Shown piece by piece: positions 1 through 12,724 of a stretch of 64,000 nucleotides of DNA. Position 1 is the stretch's first letter. Every line of letters starts with the position of its first letter. Position numbers and translations under genes: made by a program. Below the pieces are notes generated by a model. It ran no database searches. It was not told the DNA's origin and worked only from the letters and a program-made list of their open reading frames with translations. The stretch comes from Candidatus Omnitrophota bacterium (lineage in GTDB: Bacteria > Omnitrophota > Omnitrophia > Omnitrophales > Aquincolibacteriaceae), in the NCBI GenBank assembly GCA_030698625.1, contig JAUYMS010000048.1, positions 90,404 through 154,403 on the forward strand. Reading direction: 5' to 3'.

Positions 1-1038
1 ACGGTGCGAGATGATTCCAAGATTGTGACAATTGCTGTTTCTCACGTAGAATACAATTCTGAAAAGCGTCACTATGCCCACATAGACTGCCCGGGCCACG
101 CGGACTACATTAAAAACATGATTACCGGTGCGGCGCAGATGGACGGCGCCATCCTTGTAGTTTCAGCTATTGACGGTCCGATGCCACAGACGCGCGAGCA
201 CATCTTGCTGGCCCGTCAGGTTGGTGTACCCGCTATCGTGGTCTTCCTTAACAAGTGCGACGCTGTCGATGATCCCGAACTCCTGGAATTGGTTGAGCTG
301 GAGGTCCGCGAACTTCTAAAGAAGTACGATTTTCCGGGTGATGATATCCCGATTATCCGCGGTTCCAGCATTAAGGCTGTTGAAAATCCCACCGACGAGG
401 TCGCCATTAAGCCGATCATGGATCTTGTGAAGGCTTTGGATGAGAGCATTCCAGAGCCGAAGAGGGAGATTGACAAACCCTTCCTCATGCCGATTGAAGA
501 TGTGTTCTCGATCTCCGGCCGCGGTACTGTGGGTACCGGTCGCATTGAGCGCGGCATTATTAAAGTGGGTGCCGAATGCGAAATTATCGGGCTTCAGGAA
601 CACTCCCTAAAGTCGACGGTGACCGGTGTTGAGATGTTTCGTAAGCTCCTCGACGAGGGTCAAGCTGGTGATAACGTCGGGCTTCTGCTTCGCGGTGTTG
701 AAAAGGAGCAACTGGAGCGCGGAATGGTTATTGCTAAGCCTGGAAGCGTTACTCCTCACAAGAAGTTCAAGGCCGAAGTTTATATTCTGAGTAAGGAGGA
801 AGGGGGGCGTCATACTCCTTTCTTTAAAGGATACAGGCCTCAGTTTTATTTTCGGACCACGGACGTTACAGGTATCATGACGCTTCCGGCAGGTACGGAA
901 ATGGTTATGCCGGGTGATAATGTGTCGATTGAAGCTGAACTGATCATGCCGGTAGCGATGGAAAAGGAACTGCGGTTTGCAATTCGTGAAGGCGGTAAGA
1001 CCGTCGGGGCGGGTGTTGTAAGCGAGATTATTGAGTAG
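1..1038 (+). CDS. tuf: Elongation factor Tu (5'-partial)
   Basis: Frame open from base 1; [28 protein letters not shown]-terminal [13 protein letters not shown]. Confidence 0.99.
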   Translation, partial: TVRDDSKIVTIAVSHVEYNSEKRHYAHIDCPGHADYIKNMITGAAQMDGAILVVSAIDGPMPQTREHILLARQVGVPAIVVFLNKCDAVDDPELLELVELEVRELLKKYDFPGDDIPIIRGSSIKAVENPTDEVAIKPIMDLVKALDESIPEPKREIDKPFLMPIEDVFSISGRGTVGTGRIERGIIKVGAECEIIGLQEHSLKSTVTGVEMFRKLLDEGQAGDNVGLLLRGVEKEQLERGMVIAKPGSVTPHKKFKAEVYILSKEEGGRHTPFFKGYRPQFYFRTTDVTGIMTLPAGTEMVMPGDNVSIEAELIMPVAMEKELRFAIREGGKTVGAGVVSEIIE

Positions 1039-1262
1039 CACTGGGTACTCTCGAGCATCCCATCTTAAAGCAAACTCATCTGACTAATCGGAAGTTCTTC
1101 GCTCCCTCGGGATAGTTTATTCCGTCAAGGGGGCTTGCCCCAGAAGATTTATCCGCGGGGCGGGGGCCGACGATTTTGAATTTGCGCTTTTGTTACATCA
1201 ATTTTGTAACCCTTGGCTCTTTCGTAAAGGGATCCCTTTATGCAAAAAGCTGTAATATGCGG

Positions 1263-1340
1263 AGGCCTGTAGCTCCAACTGGCTAGAGCGGCGGTCTCCA
1301 AAACCGCGTGTTGCAGGTTCGAATCCTGCCAGGCCTGCCA
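1263..1340 (+). tRNA. trnW: tRNA-Trp (CCA)
   Basis: Acceptor AGGCCTG/CAGGCCT, anticodon arm GCGGT-CTCCAAA-ACCGC, T arm GCAGG-TTCGAAT-CCTGC, encoded CCA; usual position before secE. Confidence 0.97.
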
Positions 1341-1363
1341 CGACATACGGCGATGAGGAATGC

Positions 1364-1549
1364 ATGTTCGGTAAAGTAGGTAACTTTTTCAGCGAGACAA
1401 AACAGGAGCTAAACAAGGTAACATGGCCAAGCAAGGACGAACTGTGGCAGTCGACGATCGTCGTCATCGTAACATCGATGATTTTAGCGGTGTTTATAGG
1501 CATTGTGGATTTCTTCCTTTCTATATTTGTTCGTATTCTTCTGGGATGA
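1364..1549 (+). CDS. secE: Preprotein translocase SecE
   Basis: ELNKVTWP motif plus single TM helix. Confidence 0.97.
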   Translation: MFGKVGNFFSETKQELNKVTWPSKDELWQSTIVVIVTSMILAVFIGIVDFFLSIFVRILLG

Positions 1550-1555
1550 GGGTCG

Positions 1556-2089
1556 ATGGGAACGGCTAAGTGGTACGTAGTTCATACGCAGACAGGCGTA
1601 GAACAGCGGGTTAAAGCGAATTTACAGACTCGTGCCGAGACGGCGGGGATTGCGCATCTTATTCAGCGGGTCATGATTCCGACCGAGAAAGTCAGCGAGG
1701 TCAAGGAAGGCAAGAAACGCATCAGTGAGAGGAAGTTTTTCCCCGGCTATATCCTGGTGCAGATGGAGTTAACCGACGATAGTTGGTACCTCGTACGTAA
1801 TACTCCGGGAATTTCGGGGTTTGTGGGCTCAGGGAAAACACCGCTTCCTCTCTCTGAGGGAGAGATTTCAGATATTCTGACTCAGCAGGAAGAGAAGAAG
1901 ACGAAACCAAAGCCAAAGGTTGAATTTGAGGTCGGTGAAAGTGTTCGTGTTAAAGAAGGCGCTTTTGCTAATTTCAACGGAACCATCGAAGAGATCAACC
2001 CGAATCGCGGCAAACTAAAGGTGATGGTTACGATATTCGGTCGCTCAACTCCGGTAGAACTCGAATATTGGCAGGTCGAGAAAGTATAA
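1556..2089 (+). CDS. nusG: Transcription factor NusG
   Basis: WYVVHT, FFPGYILV, KOW domain ending IFGRSTPVELEY. Confidence 0.98.
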   Translation: MGTAKWYVVHTQTGVEQRVKANLQTRAETAGIAHLIQRVMIPTEKVSEVKEGKKRISERKFFPGYILVQMELTDDSWYLVRNTPGISGFVGSGKTPLPLSEGEISDILTQQEEKKTKPKPKVEFEVGESVRVKEGAFANFNGTIEEINPNRGKLKVMVTIFGRSTPVELEYWQVEKV

Positions 2090-2101
2090 ACTAAAGGCGT
2101 T

Positions 2102-2533
2102 ATGGCAAAAGAGATTATCACGCAAATTAAATTGCAGGTCCCGGGAGGACAAGCAAATCCGGCCCCTCCTATCGGTCCTGCTTTGGGGCAGCACGGCCTC
2201 AACATCATGGAGTTCTGCAAGCAATTTAATGAGAAGACCAAGGATAAGCAGGGCGTCATTCTCCCCGTTGTTATTACGGTTTATAAAGACAAATCATTTA
2301 CGTTCATCATGAAAGAGCCGCCGGTCGCGGTGGCCCTTAAGAAGGCAGCCGGGCTTGCTAAGGCATCTCCAGAGCCGGGGCGCAACTTTATTGGTCAAGT
2401 GACTCACGAAGAAGTTGCTGAGATTGCCAGGCAAAAAATGAGGGACTTGAATACTACAAAGCTTGAGAGCGCCGTTCGTATGGTTGCAGGTTCAGCCCGC
2501 AGTATGGGTATTAAGGTTGTGGACAAAAAATGA
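2102..2533 (+). CDS. rplK: 50S ribosomal protein uL11
   Basis: [26 protein letters not shown]; GSARSMG. Confidence 0.98.
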   Translation: MAKEIITQIKLQVPGGQANPAPPIGPALGQHGLNIMEFCKQFNEKTKDKQGVILPVVITVYKDKSFTFIMKEPPVAVALKKAAGLAKASPEPGRNFIGQVTHEEVAEIARQKMRDLNTTKLESAVRMVAGSARSMGIKVVDKK

Positions 2534-3222
2534 TGCGCAGCAAGAGATATGCGGAGCGGGCGAAGTTAGTTGATCGCACCAAGGAATATAAGTTGGATGA
2601 GGCGGTCGCGGCCATAAAGAAAATCAGCGACAATAAGTTTGACGAGTCCATCACCCTGGATATCCAGTTGGGTTTGCGTCCCGGGCAGAGCAACGAGATG
2701 ATTCGCGGGACAGTGAGCTTGGCTCACGGCAGCGGAAAAAAAGTAAACATTTTGTGCTTCTGCAAAGGTGACGCGGCGCGAGAAGCAAAGGAAGCTGGAG
2801 CGGAATTTGTCGGCGCGGAAGAGTTGGTCGAGAAAATCCAGAAGGAAAACTGGCTTGGTTTTGACATCGTCGTGTCACATCCCGATATGATGCGAGAAGT
2901 CAGTAAGCTGGGACGCGTGTTGGGCCCCCGAGGTTTAATGCCGTCGCCCAAAAATGGAACAGTGACTCCAAATGTAGGGAAGGCCGTTGCTGAACTTAAG
3001 GCTGGCCGCGTTGAATTTAAGAACGACAAGACTTCGGGTGTTCATGTCATGTGCGGAAAGCTGTCCTTTAGCGAAAAGGCGCTGATCGAAAACGCACGGA
3101 TGCTTCTTCGTGCGGTGAGGGATGCCAGGCCGTCTGCCGCGAAGGGCGACTATATGAAAAGAGTTACGATTGCCCCCAGCCAAGGTCCGGGTTTCCGGTT
3201 GGCGGTAGGGTCTTTGGGCTAA
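2530..3222 (+). CDS. rplA: 50S ribosomal protein uL1
   Basis: [25 protein letters not shown]. Confidence 0.98.
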   Translation: MMRSKRYAERAKLVDRTKEYKLDEAVAAIKKISDNKFDESITLDIQLGLRPGQSNEMIRGTVSLAHGSGKKVNILCFCKGDAAREAKEAGAEFVGAEELVEKIQKENWLGFDIVVSHPDMMREVSKLGRVLGPRGLMPSPKNGTVTPNVGKAVAELKAGRVEFKNDKTSGVHVMCGKLSFSEKALIENARMLLRAVRDARPSAAKGDYMKRVTIAPSQGPGFRLAVGSLG

Positions 3223-3237
3223 AGGGAGATTTGAGCA

Positions 3238-3774
3238 ATGAAATCGGTAATTAAGCAAGGGATGGTAAGCGAATTAAAGCGGGAGCTGGACGCTCATCCG
3301 TACACGTTTATATCCAACCTGGAATCCCTGTCAGTAGAAGCGTTATCCACTTTTCGCCGCGACCTCGAAAAGGTATCCGGCCGAACGATGATGGTCAAAC
3401 ATACGATCGCCCGGCGTGTTTTTGAGGATAGTGATTATGCGAAAGCCGGCGAATTTTTTAAGCATGCAGTAGTTTTAACTTTTGCGGATAAGGAACCCCA
3501 AGATGTTTCAAGGGTGTTGATAAAGATCGCCAAACAAAACAACAAGATTGTCCCGGCGGGCGTTATATTCGAAAATAAGATTTACGATCACGGCTTTATA
3601 CAAAATCTTTCAATTCTTCCTTCAAGGAAAGAGCTTTTAACTCAGGTTGTGGTGCGAGTGAAATCGCCAATTTCGGGGTTGGTGCTGGGGCTTGGCGGGA
3701 TAATCCGCGGCCTCGTGCAGACATTAAGCGAAATCAAGAAGCAGCGCGAAGCGGCGCCGCAGGCGGCAGCGTAA
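3238..3774 (+). CDS. rplJ: 50S ribosomal protein uL10
   Basis: MVKHTIARR, LPSRKELL; synteny between rplA and rplL. Confidence 0.93.
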   Translation: MKSVIKQGMVSELKRELDAHPYTFISNLESLSVEALSTFRRDLEKVSGRTMMVKHTIARRVFEDSDYAKAGEFFKHAVVLTFADKEPQDVSRVLIKIAKQNNKIVPAGVIFENKIYDHGFIQNLSILPSRKELLTQVVVRVKSPISGLVLGLGGIIRGLVQTLSEIKKQREAAPQAAA

Positions 3775-3828
3775 TTCCGTATCGAATACGGTATCAATAA
3801 ATTTACGAAATTCAAGGAGGCAGTGGTC

Positions 3829-4323
3829 ATGTCAACAGGAGAAGCAGCAGTGGAAGAAACGAAACCAGAAGAACAAAAATCGGCTGAACCGAAGGCTGAT
3901 GCAGCAACAGCAAAAAAGAAAGAGGGGCCTGCTTTGTCGGAAAAACTGCAGACGATTCTAAAAACTATTGAACAGTTAACCGTCCTCGAACTCGCCGACC
4001 TCGTAAAGGCTCTTGAGGATAGGTTTGGTGTGAGCGCTGCAGCGGCTGTTGCCGTGGCCGCGCCGGGTGCGGCGGCCGGGGGTGGTGGTGATGCCGGAGC
4101 AGCGGAAGTGAAAGATACCTTTGATGTGATTTTGGCAAGTGTCGGTAGCAAGAAGATCCAGGTTATTAAGGAAATTCGTGCCATAACGAATCTTGGGCTG
4201 AAGGAAGCTAAGGATTTGGTAGAGGCTGCTCCGAAGACCGTCAAAGAGGGCGTCAAGAAGGACGAGGCTGACAAGATTAAGAAAGTCCTCGAGGAACAAG
4301 GCGCCAAGGTAGAAATCAAGTAA
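3829..4323 (+). CDS. rplL: 50S ribosomal protein bL12 with N-terminal extension
   Basis: [25 protein letters not shown]; start set to ATG 3829, 8 nt after AGGAGG. Confidence 0.97.
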   Translation: MSTGEAAVEETKPEEQKSAEPKADAATAKKKEGPALSEKLQTILKTIEQLTVLELADLVKALEDRFGVSAAAAVAVAAPGAAAGGGGDAGAAEVKDTFDVILASVGSKKIQVIKEIRAITNLGLKEAKDLVEAAPKTVKEGVKKDEADKIKKVLEEQGAKVEIK

Positions 4324-4470
4324 CTCCTCCCGTTGAGATGTTTTATCGTGGGGCCGCGAAGTTTTCTTGTGCGGCTCACTGCGCGGGTGGGCATATATCT
4401 AGGGAAGAAGGATCTAAGCGATTGAGATACCGAGCACAAAAGTGCGCATCGCGCTAGGGGCTGATACTTT

Positions 4471-7400
4471 ATGAATCCTGTGCTGAATAGAAAAAATTTT
4501 ACAAAAATTCACGATACGATGGAGTTGCCGAATCTGGTAGAGATTCAGGTCCGTTCGTACGAGAAATTTCTCCAATCTGACACACCGAAGCGCCGTCGTA
4601 AACGCCAGGGGCTTGAAGCCGCTTTCCAGGAGTGTTTTCCGGTGGACAGTGTGGATGGTTCTTGTCGTCTTGAATATGACGGGTATAACTTAGGGAAACC
4701 CAAATATTCCGTGGCTGAATGTCACAAGCGCGGTATGACCTTCGCTGCGCCCCTGAAGGTTAAGCTCCGGCTAGTGCGTAAGGGGATTGCTAAGGAACAG
4801 GAAGTTTATATCGGCGAGCTGCCTCTCATGACGGATACCGGTACTTTTATCATTAATGGTGCCGAGCGTGTCGTGGTTAGTCAGTTGCACCGCTCTCCGG
4901 GTTGTTCCCTCGAAGAGAGTTTGCATGCCAGTGGAAAGAAAATCTACAGTGTTCGTATCATTCCCTATCGGGGTGCTTGGATTGAGTTTGAGTCCGACAT
5001 TAACGACATTATCTACGCCTATATCGACCGCCGTCGTAAGTTGCTCGCCACGACCCTTTTGAGGGCCATTGGTTTTTCGACGACTTACGATATTCTCAAG
5101 GAGCTTTATAGTGTGGAGACCATCCAGTCGCTGGACAAGAACTCCGCCAAGAAGCTGGAGGGCGAACATCTGGCCGACGATGTTTTGCAGCCTGAATCCA
5201 AGGAGCCAATCGCGGTCGCTGGTACTAAGCTGACTAAAGAAATCCTTAGCGTTATTCTTACCAATAATGTTTCTTCGCTTTCGATCGTAAAGCTCGGTAA
5301 AGATGACTTGTCGATTATCAATACCCTGGAGCGGGATCCCTATCAAAACACTCAGGATGCTCAAGTGGCGATCTACCGCCGTGTGCGTCCGGGCGATCCT
5401 CCGACAGAGGCAAGCGCGCGGGATTTAGTCCACAAGTTGTTTTTTGACCCGCAGCGGTACGACTTGGGTCGCGTCGGGCGGTTCATGTTGAACCGGAAAC
5501 TTGATCAGGAGCAAGATGCCAAAGACACCACGCTTCGTCCCAAGGATGTGATTCGCGTGATTTCTATGCTGTTGAAGCTGCGCTCCGGCGAAGTGCGTAA
5601 AGATGACATTGACCACTTAGGCAACCGCCGCGTGCGTTCCGTCGGTGAATTGCTGGAAAATCAGTTCCGTGTCGGTTTGGTGCGCATGAAGCGGTCTTGT
5701 CTGGAGCGCATGTCCATCTACGATTTAGATGCGGCAATGCCTCATAATCTCATTAATCCGAAACTAATCTCGGCCGCGATTAAAGACTTTTTTGGTCGCA
5801 GTCAGCTTTCCCAGTTTATGGACCAGACAAATCCGTTGGCGGAGTTAACGCACAAGCGGCGTCTTTCGGCGCTCGGCCCTGGCGGTCTATCGCGTGAGCA
5901 CGCTGGTTTTGAAGTCCGCGACGTTCACCCGTCACATTATGGTCGTATTTGCCCGATTGAAACTCCGGAAGGGCCTAACATCGGTTTGATTGCTTCGTTG
6001 AGCACTTTTGCGCGAGTTAATTCAATCGGTTTTCTGGAGAGCCCGTATCGTAAGGTCGAAAAGGGGCGTGTTACCGACAAGATTGATTTTCTTACGGCCG
6101 ACATCGAAGACAAGCACGTGATTGCACAGGCGAACGCTCGCTTGGATAAGAACGGAAAGTTTCTTGAGGAAACGATTTCTTGCCGGCAAAAAGGGGATTT
6201 TCCCAGGAAGAAGCCTGAGGAGATCGAATACATGGATGTCTCGCCGCGCCAATTGGTGAGTGTCGCCGCCGCTTTGATTCCGTTTTTAGAGCACGATGAT
6301 GCTAATCGAGCCCTCATGGGGTCGAACATGCAACGCCAGTCGGTGCCCTTGCTCAGGACAGAATCTCCGGTCGTGGGTACGGGAATGGAGTATCAGGTGG
6401 CGCGTGATTCTGGCGCTACGATTGTGGCGAAGTCGCGCGGGACTGTAAAGTATGCCGACGGTAATGAGATTGTGATTGACGATTTTGTTTACAAACTCAA
6501 AAAATTTGAGCGCTCGAATGCCGGGACTTGTATTAATCAGCGCCCGCTCGTAAAGATGGGCGACAAGGTCAAGCGCGGTGACATCATTGCTGATGGTGCG
6601 GCGACTCAGGACGGTGAGTTGGCTCTGGGTTATAACGTGGTCGTGGCCTTTCTCCCGTGGCGCGGCTATAACTTTGAGGACGCCATTATCATCAATGAAA
6701 AGCTCTGTAAGGAAGACGTGTTTACGTCCCTCCATATAGAAGAGTTTGACCTTGAGGCTCGGGACACGAAGCTTGGAAACGAAGAGATCACGCGCGATAT
6801 TCCAAATGTTAGCGAAGAGGCCCTCAAGGATCTTGATGAGGAGGGCGTGGTGCGTGTCGGCGCAGAAGTTAAACCTGGTGATATTCTAGTTGGTAAGATT
6901 ACTCCGAAGTCAGAGACCGAGCTTTCGCCGGAAGAGAAGCTTCTGCGCGCCATCTTCGGCGAAAAAGCCGGCGATGTTCGGGATGCGTCTTTAACGGTTC
7001 CGCCGGGGGTGGAGGGAATCGTTGTTGACGTGAAAGTCTTTGCCCGCAAGGAATCTCATGCCAAGACAAAGGATGAGCGGCGCGACGAAGGTAAAGAGGT
7101 CGACGGCATTAAGGACCGTTATCAGGATCGGATCGAGACGCTCAAGAGAGAGCGCCTAAACAAGATTTCATCCATGATCATGGGTAAACGTCTCTCCGAA
7201 GACCTGCTTGATGATATTCTCGGGGAAATCCTTCTGAAATCCGGGCACATAGTTACGAAGAACGACCTGAAAAAGCTTGAAGGCTGCGATTGGGAATCAA
7301 TTCGACTTGATGATGAGCCTGATCTTGAAGAGAGCGTGCGCAAGATCGCGCGCGTTTGGGGTGACGAAATTGATGAGCTTATTGGTGAGCGCACGCGTGA

Positions 7401-8268
7401 AGTGGACCGCGTTAAGAAGGGCGATGAGTTGCCTCCGGGCGTGATCAAAAAGGTCGTCGTTTATGTTTGTTCCAAGCGTAAGCTTTCTGTCGGCGATAAG
7501 ATGGCGGGGCGCCATGGTAACAAGGGTGTGATTGCAAAGATTCTGCCGGAAGAGGACATGCCCTATCTCCCTGGTGGTAAGTCCGTAGAGATCATGCTTA
7601 ATCCGCTAGGTGTACCGTCTCGTATGAATGTCGGTCAGATTTTGGAAACGCATCTGGGTTGGGCTGCTAAGGCGTTGGGTTTGAAGGTGATGACCCCCGT
7701 ATTCAGCGGTTGCAGTGAGCAGGAGATCAAGGACCTCCTGGTCGAGGCGAACCTGCCTACCGACGGCAAATCAATTTTGTACGACGGGCGCACCGGCAGA
7801 CCTTTTGATGAGCGGGTGACCGTCGGCTATATCTATATGATGAAACTTGCACATTTGGCGGATGACAAAATTCATGCGCGGTCGATTGGCCCGTATTCAC
7901 TTGTAACGCAGCAGCCGCTCGGCGGTAAGGCACAGTTTGGCGGACAGCGGTTTGGTGAGATGGAGGTCTGGGCCTTGGAAGCTTATGGCGCCGCCTTCAC
8001 CTTGCAGGAGTTGCTTACCGTTAAGAGTGACGACGTGATCGGCAGGACGCGTGTCTATGAAGCTATTGTGAAGGGGGAATCGGCCCTTCATGCCGGCACG
8101 CCTGAGTCTTTCAACGTGTTGGTTAAAGAGTTGCAGTCCTTAGGGCTGGATATCATTGCTGAGAAAAGTAGTGATCTCCTCAAGGTAGAGCCTAAATATG
8201 AAAAAAAGCTAAGTAAGCTGGATGAAGAGGAAGCCGAAGCACAGGCAAAGGAGAAGCTCAAGGTATGA
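4471..8268 (+). CDS. rpoB: RNA polymerase beta subunit
   Basis: [49 protein letters not shown]. Confidence 0.99.
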   Translation: MNPVLNRKNFTKIHDTMELPNLVEIQVRSYEKFLQSDTPKRRRKRQGLEAAFQECFPVDSVDGSCRLEYDGYNLGKPKYSVAECHKRGMTFAAPLKVKLRLVRKGIAKEQEVYIGELPLMTDTGTFIINGAERVVVSQLHRSPGCSLEESLHASGKKIYSVRIIPYRGAWIEFESDINDIIYAYIDRRRKLLATTLLRAIGFSTTYDILKELYSVETIQSLDKNSAKKLEGEHLADDVLQPESKEPIAVAGTKLTKEILSVILTNNVSSLSIVKLGKDDLSIINTLERDPYQNTQDAQVAIYRRVRPGDPPTEASARDLVHKLFFDPQRYDLGRVGRFMLNRKLDQEQDAKDTTLRPKDVIRVISMLLKLRSGEVRKDDIDHLGNRRVRSVGELLENQFRVGLVRMKRSCLERMSIYDLDAAMPHNLINPKLISAAIKDFFGRSQLSQFMDQTNPLAELTHKRRLSALGPGGLSREHAGFEVRDVHPSHYGRICPIETPEGPNIGLIASLSTFARVNSIGFLESPYRKVEKGRVTDKIDFLTADIEDKHVIAQANARLDKNGKFLEETISCRQKGDFPRKKPEEIEYMDVSPRQLVSVAAALIPFLEHDDANRALMGSNMQRQSVPLLRTESPVVGTGMEYQVARDSGATIVAKSRGTVKYADGNEIVIDDFVYKLKKFERSNAGTCINQRPLVKMGDKVKRGDIIADGAATQDGELALGYNVVVAFLPWRGYNFEDAIIINEKLCKEDVFTSLHIEEFDLEARDTKLGNEEITRDIPNVSEEALKDLDEEGVVRVGAEVKPGDILVGKITPKSETELSPEEKLLRAIFGEKAGDVRDASLTVPPGVEGIVVDVKVFARKESHAKTKDERRDEGKEVDGIKDRYQDRIETLKRERLNKISSMIMGKRLSEDLLDDILGEILLKSGHIVTKNDLKKLEGCDWESIRLDDEPDLEESVRKIARVWGDEIDELIGERTREVDRVKKGDELPPGVIKKVVVYVCSKRKLSVGDKMAGRHGNKGVIAKILPEEDMPYLPGGKSVEIMLNPLGVPSRMNVGQILETHLGWAAKALGLKVMTPVFSGCSEQEIKDLLVEANLPTDGKSILYDGRTGRPFDERVTVGYIYMMKLAHLADDKIHARSIGPYSLVTQQPLGGKAQFGGQRFGEMEVWALEAYGAAFTLQELLTVKSDDVIGRTRVYEAIVKGESALHAGTPESFNVLVKELQSLGLDIIAEKSSDLLKVEPKYEKKLSKLDEEEAEAQAKEKLKV

Positions 8269-11200
8269 AATACGACGTCAATATGTTCGATTCCCTTTTG
8301 ATTCGTATCGCCTCCCCGGACGTTATCAGGAGTTGGTCCCGCGGCGAGGTTAGAAAACCGGAGACGATCAACTACCGTACTCTGAAGCCGGAAAAAGATG
8401 GGCTTTTCTGCGAGAAAATTTTTGGGCCAACCCGTGATTGGGAGTGTGCCTGCGGTAAGTATAAACGTATTAAACACAAGGGGATCGTGTGCGATCGCTG
8501 CGGCGTTGAGGTGACTCAGTCGAAAGTTCGTCGTGAACGAATGGGGCATATTGAGCTTGTAACTCCCGTGTCCCATATATGGTTTTTCAAAACTATGCCC
8601 TCGCGCATCGGCAATATTCTTGATTTAAGTGTCCGTGCCCTTGAGAAGGTTCTGTACTATGAAGAATATATTGTTATTGATGCCAAAGAAACTCCGCTAA
8701 AGAAGATGCAGCTCCTCACAGAAGAAGAGTATCAAAAGGCCCAGGAGCAGTATGGCGCCAGCAGTTTCGTGGCCAGAATGGGCGCAGAGGCAGCCCGCGA
8801 TCTTCTCAAAGAGCTTGACCTTAATGCACTTGCGCAGAAGTATCACCGCCAAGTGAAGACATCCAAATCCAAGCAGGCAAGGGCGAGAGCGATCAAAATC
8901 CTTAAGATTCTCGATGCCTTTCGCAAATCAGGCAATAATCCGGAATGGATGGTCTTAGAGTGCGTCCCCGTGATTCCGCCGGACCTGCGCCCTCTCGTGG
9001 CCCTGGATGGCGGAAGATTTGCTACGAGCGATCTCAACGATCTCTATCGCCGTGTCATCAATCGTAATAACCGCCTAAAAAAGTTGCTCGAACTCAAAGC
9101 GCCGGATGTCATCATCCGAAATGAAAAGCGTATGCTGCAGGAAGCTGTTGATGCCCTCTTCGATAACGGGCGTCATGGTCGCCCGGTGCTCGGCAGCGGA
9201 AATCGGCCACTGAAGTCCTTGAGCGACATGCTTAAGGGAAAACAGGGGCGTTTTCGTCAGAACCTCCTCGGAAAGCGCGTTGATTATTCCGGTCGTTCCG
9301 TTATCGTGATCGGCCCCGAACTGAAGATTCATCAGTGCGGTCTGCCAAAGAAGATGGCGCTTGAGCTATTTGAACCGTTTATTATTCGGAAGCTCAAGGA
9401 GCGGGGTCATGTTCACACGATTCGGTCCGCGAAAAAGATGGTAGAGCGCGTGAAACCCGAAGTGTGGGATATCCTGGAAGAGGTTATTAAGGAGCACCCG
9501 GTCATGTTAAATCGCGCTCCTACCCTGCACAGGCTTGGCGTTCAAGCTTTCGAGCCGGTTCTTATCGAGGGTAAGGCGATTCGAATTCACCCGCTTGTCT
9601 GTACGGCTTTCAACGCCGATTTCGACGGAGACCAGATGGCCGTTCACGTTCCTCTTTCTATGGAGGCGCAGATGGAATGTCGCGTGTTGATGCTTTCGGC
9701 CAACAATATTTTCTCTCCAGCCAACGGGAAACCGATCGCTACTCCCACCCAGGATATCGTCCTGGGGATTTATTACCTCACCAAGGCTCGTGAAGGAGCC
9801 ACAGGGGAAGGCCTTTCTTTTGCCGACGTAGACGAAGCCATGCTTGCGTATCAAGACGGCGAGATTCACAAGCATGCGAAATGCAAGCTGCGCCTTGGGA
9901 ACGGTGAAATGCAGGAAACGACCATGGGCCGTATCTTCTTCAACCAAGTGCTTCCTAAGAATTTTCGTTTCGTCAACGACCTGATTAATAAAAGTAGGCT
10001 GTCGAAAATTATTGCGGAGTGCTACCGGCAGTTCGGGCATAGTGCCGTAATCGGTCTTTTGGATCGTCTAAAAACCCTCGGTTTCGAAGAAGCCACGACC
10101 TCGGGTCTTTCGATCGGAATCGACGATATTTGTATCCCGGAGTCAAAGGAGACCTTGTTGAACGAAGCGCGCGAAAGCGTGCGGGCTATTGAGACTCAGT
10201 ACAAGAACGGATTGATCACCGAAGGTGAGCGCTACAACAAGGTAATCGATATTTGGACGCATATTACGGATCGCGTCTCGGACCGCATGTTTGAGGATCT
10301 GCACGCGTTTAATTCGATTTTCATGATGGCCGATTCGGGTGCGCGGGGTTCGAAGCAGCAGATTCGTCAGCTTGCAGGGATGCGCGGATTGATGGCGAAG
10401 CCCTCTGGCGAGATTATCGAGAGCCCGATTACGGCGAATTTTCGCGAAGGTCTGACCGTTCTTGAATACTTCATTTCCACTCACGGAGCGCGAAAAGGGT
10501 TGGCGGATACGGCATTAAAGACAGCCGACTCCGGTTATCTGACTCGTCGGCTCGTAGACGTCGCGCAGGACGTGATCGTCACCGAAGACGATTGCGGAAC
10601 TCTCAACGGTATCTTTATGGAAGCTTTGTATGAGGGTGAGGAAGAAATCGTTTCTTTGAAGGACCGAATTGAAGGCCGCGTGGCCCTCGACAATATCGTC
10701 GACGTCGTCACCGATCACGAAATTATTCGGTCGGGCCAAATGATTGACATAGATATTGCGGCCAAACTTGATGATATTGGTATTGAAAAGCTTCGTGTCC
10801 GTTCGGTTTTGACCTGCGACACGATGAAAGGTGTTTGTGCGAAATGCTACGGTGCCGATTTGGCGAACGGTCGCCTCGCGGAATTGGGTACGGCCATGGG
10901 TGTGGTTGCAGCCCAGTCGATCGGTGAACCGGGAACGCAATTAACGATGCGTACCTTCCACATCGGCGGAACGGCTTCACGTGTTGTTGAGCAGTCCTAT
11001 TTTCGGTGCCGTAATAACGGTTTTCTTAAATACCAGGGTCTTAAGACCGTGCGTACAAAAACCGGTGAGATCGTTGTGCTGAACCGTAACGGTCAGCTGA
11101 TCATTCAGGACAAAACCGGCCGGGAACTCGAGAGTTATACGATCCCTGGTGGTGCGTTTATCGCGCAGCCCGATGGGGGTGAGGTCAAGAAGAACGATAT

Positions 11201-12326
11201 TTTTGTGAAGTGGGACCCTTACACCGTTCCCATTCTGACTGAGGTTTCGGGAAAGATTCGTTTTGAGGATATTGTCGCGGGCGTGACCATGAATGAGGAG
11301 ATGGATGCTGCGACGGGTTTGTATGAGCGCGTTATTATCGAGCACAAAGAAGAGATGCATCCTCAGCTTCTCATTGTGGGAGAAAAGGACGAGATTCTGG
11401 CGTTTTATCCGATTCCGACCGGCGCACATATCGTGGTGAAAGGCGGTCAAGAAGTTACCAGTGGAACGCTCGTAGCAAAAACACCACGCAAGATCGCGAA
11501 GACGCGCGATATCACGGGTGGATTGCCGCGTGTGGCGGAGCTTTTTGAGGCGCGCAAACCGAAGAATCCAGCGATCATCTCGGAAATTGACGGTATCGTT
11601 GAGATTGGCGAGATTGTTAAAGGGCAGCGCAAGATTATTATCAAGAGCCCGACCGGAATGTTCAAGGAATACCTTGTGCCGCACGGAAAACATCTTAACG
11701 TTTACAAGGACGACAAGGTGGTTGCCGGCGATCAGCTTGTTGACGGTCCCGTGGTTCCGCAGGATATCTTGCGAGTCTCCGGCGAACGCAGTCTGCAGGA
11801 GTATCTGGTTAACGAAGTTCAGGAAGTTTATCGTCTGCAGGGTGTGCAGGTTAATGATAAGCATGCCGAAGTTATCGTGCGTCAGATGCTGCGCAAAGTC
11901 CGCATTGATGATTCAGGCGATTCTGATTTTCTGCTTGGGTCTAACGTCGATCGCCTCAAGTTTAAAGTAGAGAATGACAAGCTGGTCAAGAAGGGCAAGC
12001 AGCCTGCCAGCGCTACACCAATTCTCTTGGGAATCACGAAGGCTTCGCTGACGACTGAGAGTTTCGCCTCCGCGGCCAGCTTTCAGGAGACGACGCGTGT
12101 GCTTACAGAAGCGGCGTCGGCCGGAAAGCGTGACTACCTTCAAGGGCTCAAAGAGAACGTGATTATGGGGCATCTTATTCCGGCAGGTACGGGTTTTAAG
12201 GTTCACCAAGAGATCGAAATGGTCAAAGAGATTGGTGATCTTCTGCCGGATCCGACTGCGCAGAGGACTGAGGAGATCGAGGAAAGTACGACTGAGGCCG
12301 AAAAATCAGCAAAGGGGAAATCTTAA
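8265..12326 (+). CDS. rpoC: RNA polymerase beta' subunit
   Basis: [11 protein letters not shown] catalytic motif, Zn ribbon, [13 protein letters not shown]. Confidence 0.99.
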   Translation: MKYDVNMFDSLLIRIASPDVIRSWSRGEVRKPETINYRTLKPEKDGLFCEKIFGPTRDWECACGKYKRIKHKGIVCDRCGVEVTQSKVRRERMGHIELVTPVSHIWFFKTMPSRIGNILDLSVRALEKVLYYEEYIVIDAKETPLKKMQLLTEEEYQKAQEQYGASSFVARMGAEAARDLLKELDLNALAQKYHRQVKTSKSKQARARAIKILKILDAFRKSGNNPEWMVLECVPVIPPDLRPLVALDGGRFATSDLNDLYRRVINRNNRLKKLLELKAPDVIIRNEKRMLQEAVDALFDNGRHGRPVLGSGNRPLKSLSDMLKGKQGRFRQNLLGKRVDYSGRSVIVIGPELKIHQCGLPKKMALELFEPFIIRKLKERGHVHTIRSAKKMVERVKPEVWDILEEVIKEHPVMLNRAPTLHRLGVQAFEPVLIEGKAIRIHPLVCTAFNADFDGDQMAVHVPLSMEAQMECRVLMLSANNIFSPANGKPIATPTQDIVLGIYYLTKAREGATGEGLSFADVDEAMLAYQDGEIHKHAKCKLRLGNGEMQETTMGRIFFNQVLPKNFRFVNDLINKSRLSKIIAECYRQFGHSAVIGLLDRLKTLGFEEATTSGLSIGIDDICIPESKETLLNEARESVRAIETQYKNGLITEGERYNKVIDIWTHITDRVSDRMFEDLHAFNSIFMMADSGARGSKQQIRQLAGMRGLMAKPSGEIIESPITANFREGLTVLEYFISTHGARKGLADTALKTADSGYLTRRLVDVAQDVIVTEDDCGTLNGIFMEALYEGEEEIVSLKDRIEGRVALDNIVDVVTDHEIIRSGQMIDIDIAAKLDDIGIEKLRVRSVLTCDTMKGVCAKCYGADLANGRLAELGTAMGVVAAQSIGEPGTQLTMRTFHIGGTASRVVEQSYFRCRNNGFLKYQGLKTVRTKTGEIVVLNRNGQLIIQDKTGRELESYTIPGGAFIAQPDGGEVKKNDIFVKWDPYTVPILTEVSGKIRFEDIVAGVTMNEEMDAATGLYERVIIEHKEEMHPQLLIVGEKDEILAFYPIPTGAHIVVKGGQEVTSGTLVAKTPRKIAKTRDITGGLPRVAELFEARKPKNPAIISEIDGIVEIGEIVKGQRKIIIKSPTGMFKEYLVPHGKHLNVYKDDKVVAGDQLVDGPVVPQDILRVSGERSLQEYLVNEVQEVYRLQGVQVNDKHAEVIVRQMLRKVRIDDSGDSDFLLGSNVDRLKFKVENDKLVKKGKQPASATPILLGITKASLTTESFASAASFQETTRVLTEAASAGKRDYLQGLKENVIMGHLIPAGTGFKVHQEIEMVKEIGDLLPDPTAQRTEEIEESTTEAEKSAKGKS

Positions 12327-12706
12327 TGGCGCCGACGATTAACCAGTTAATACGCCATGGGCGAACAAAGTTTAAGCGGAAGACTAAGTCCCCGTCGCTC
12401 GAAAGATGCCCTTTTCGTAAGGGTGTGTGCTTGACGGTAAGAACGCAGACGCCCAAAAAACCGAATTCAGCACTGCGAAAAATTGCGCGTGTTCGCCTCA
12501 CCAACGGTGAGGAGATTACGGCGTATATTCCCGGTGTCGGTCACAACTTGCAGGAGCATTCAATGGTGCTTGTGCGCGGCGGTCGCGTTAAAGATCTTCC
12601 GGGTGTGCGCTATCACATTGTGCGCGGGAAACTGGACACGACAGGCGTTGCAGACCGCAATCGTTCCAGATCGAAGTACGGGGCCAAGAGGCCCAAGAAA
12701 ACGTAA
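12326..12706 (+). CDS. rpsL: 30S ribosomal protein uS12
   Basis: [21 protein letters not shown]. Confidence 0.99.
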   Translation: MAPTINQLIRHGRTKFKRKTKSPSLERCPFRKGVCLTVRTQTPKKPNSALRKIARVRLTNGEEITAYIPGVGHNLQEHSMVLVRGGRVKDLPGVRYHIVRGKLDTTGVADRNRSRSKYGAKRPKKT

Positions 12707-12724
12707 GGAATATTTGGAGAGAAA

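Noticed and set aside
1251-1258. TGTAATAT as the -10 of tRNA-Trp
   Set aside because: Too close: the start site would fall inside the tRNA, and there is no good -35
3642-4439. 265-aa minus-strand ORF
   Set aside because: Antisense shadow of rplJ/rplL, no recognisable motifs
10977-11864. 295-aa minus-strand ORF
   Set aside because: Fully antisense to rpoC; explained by codon bias
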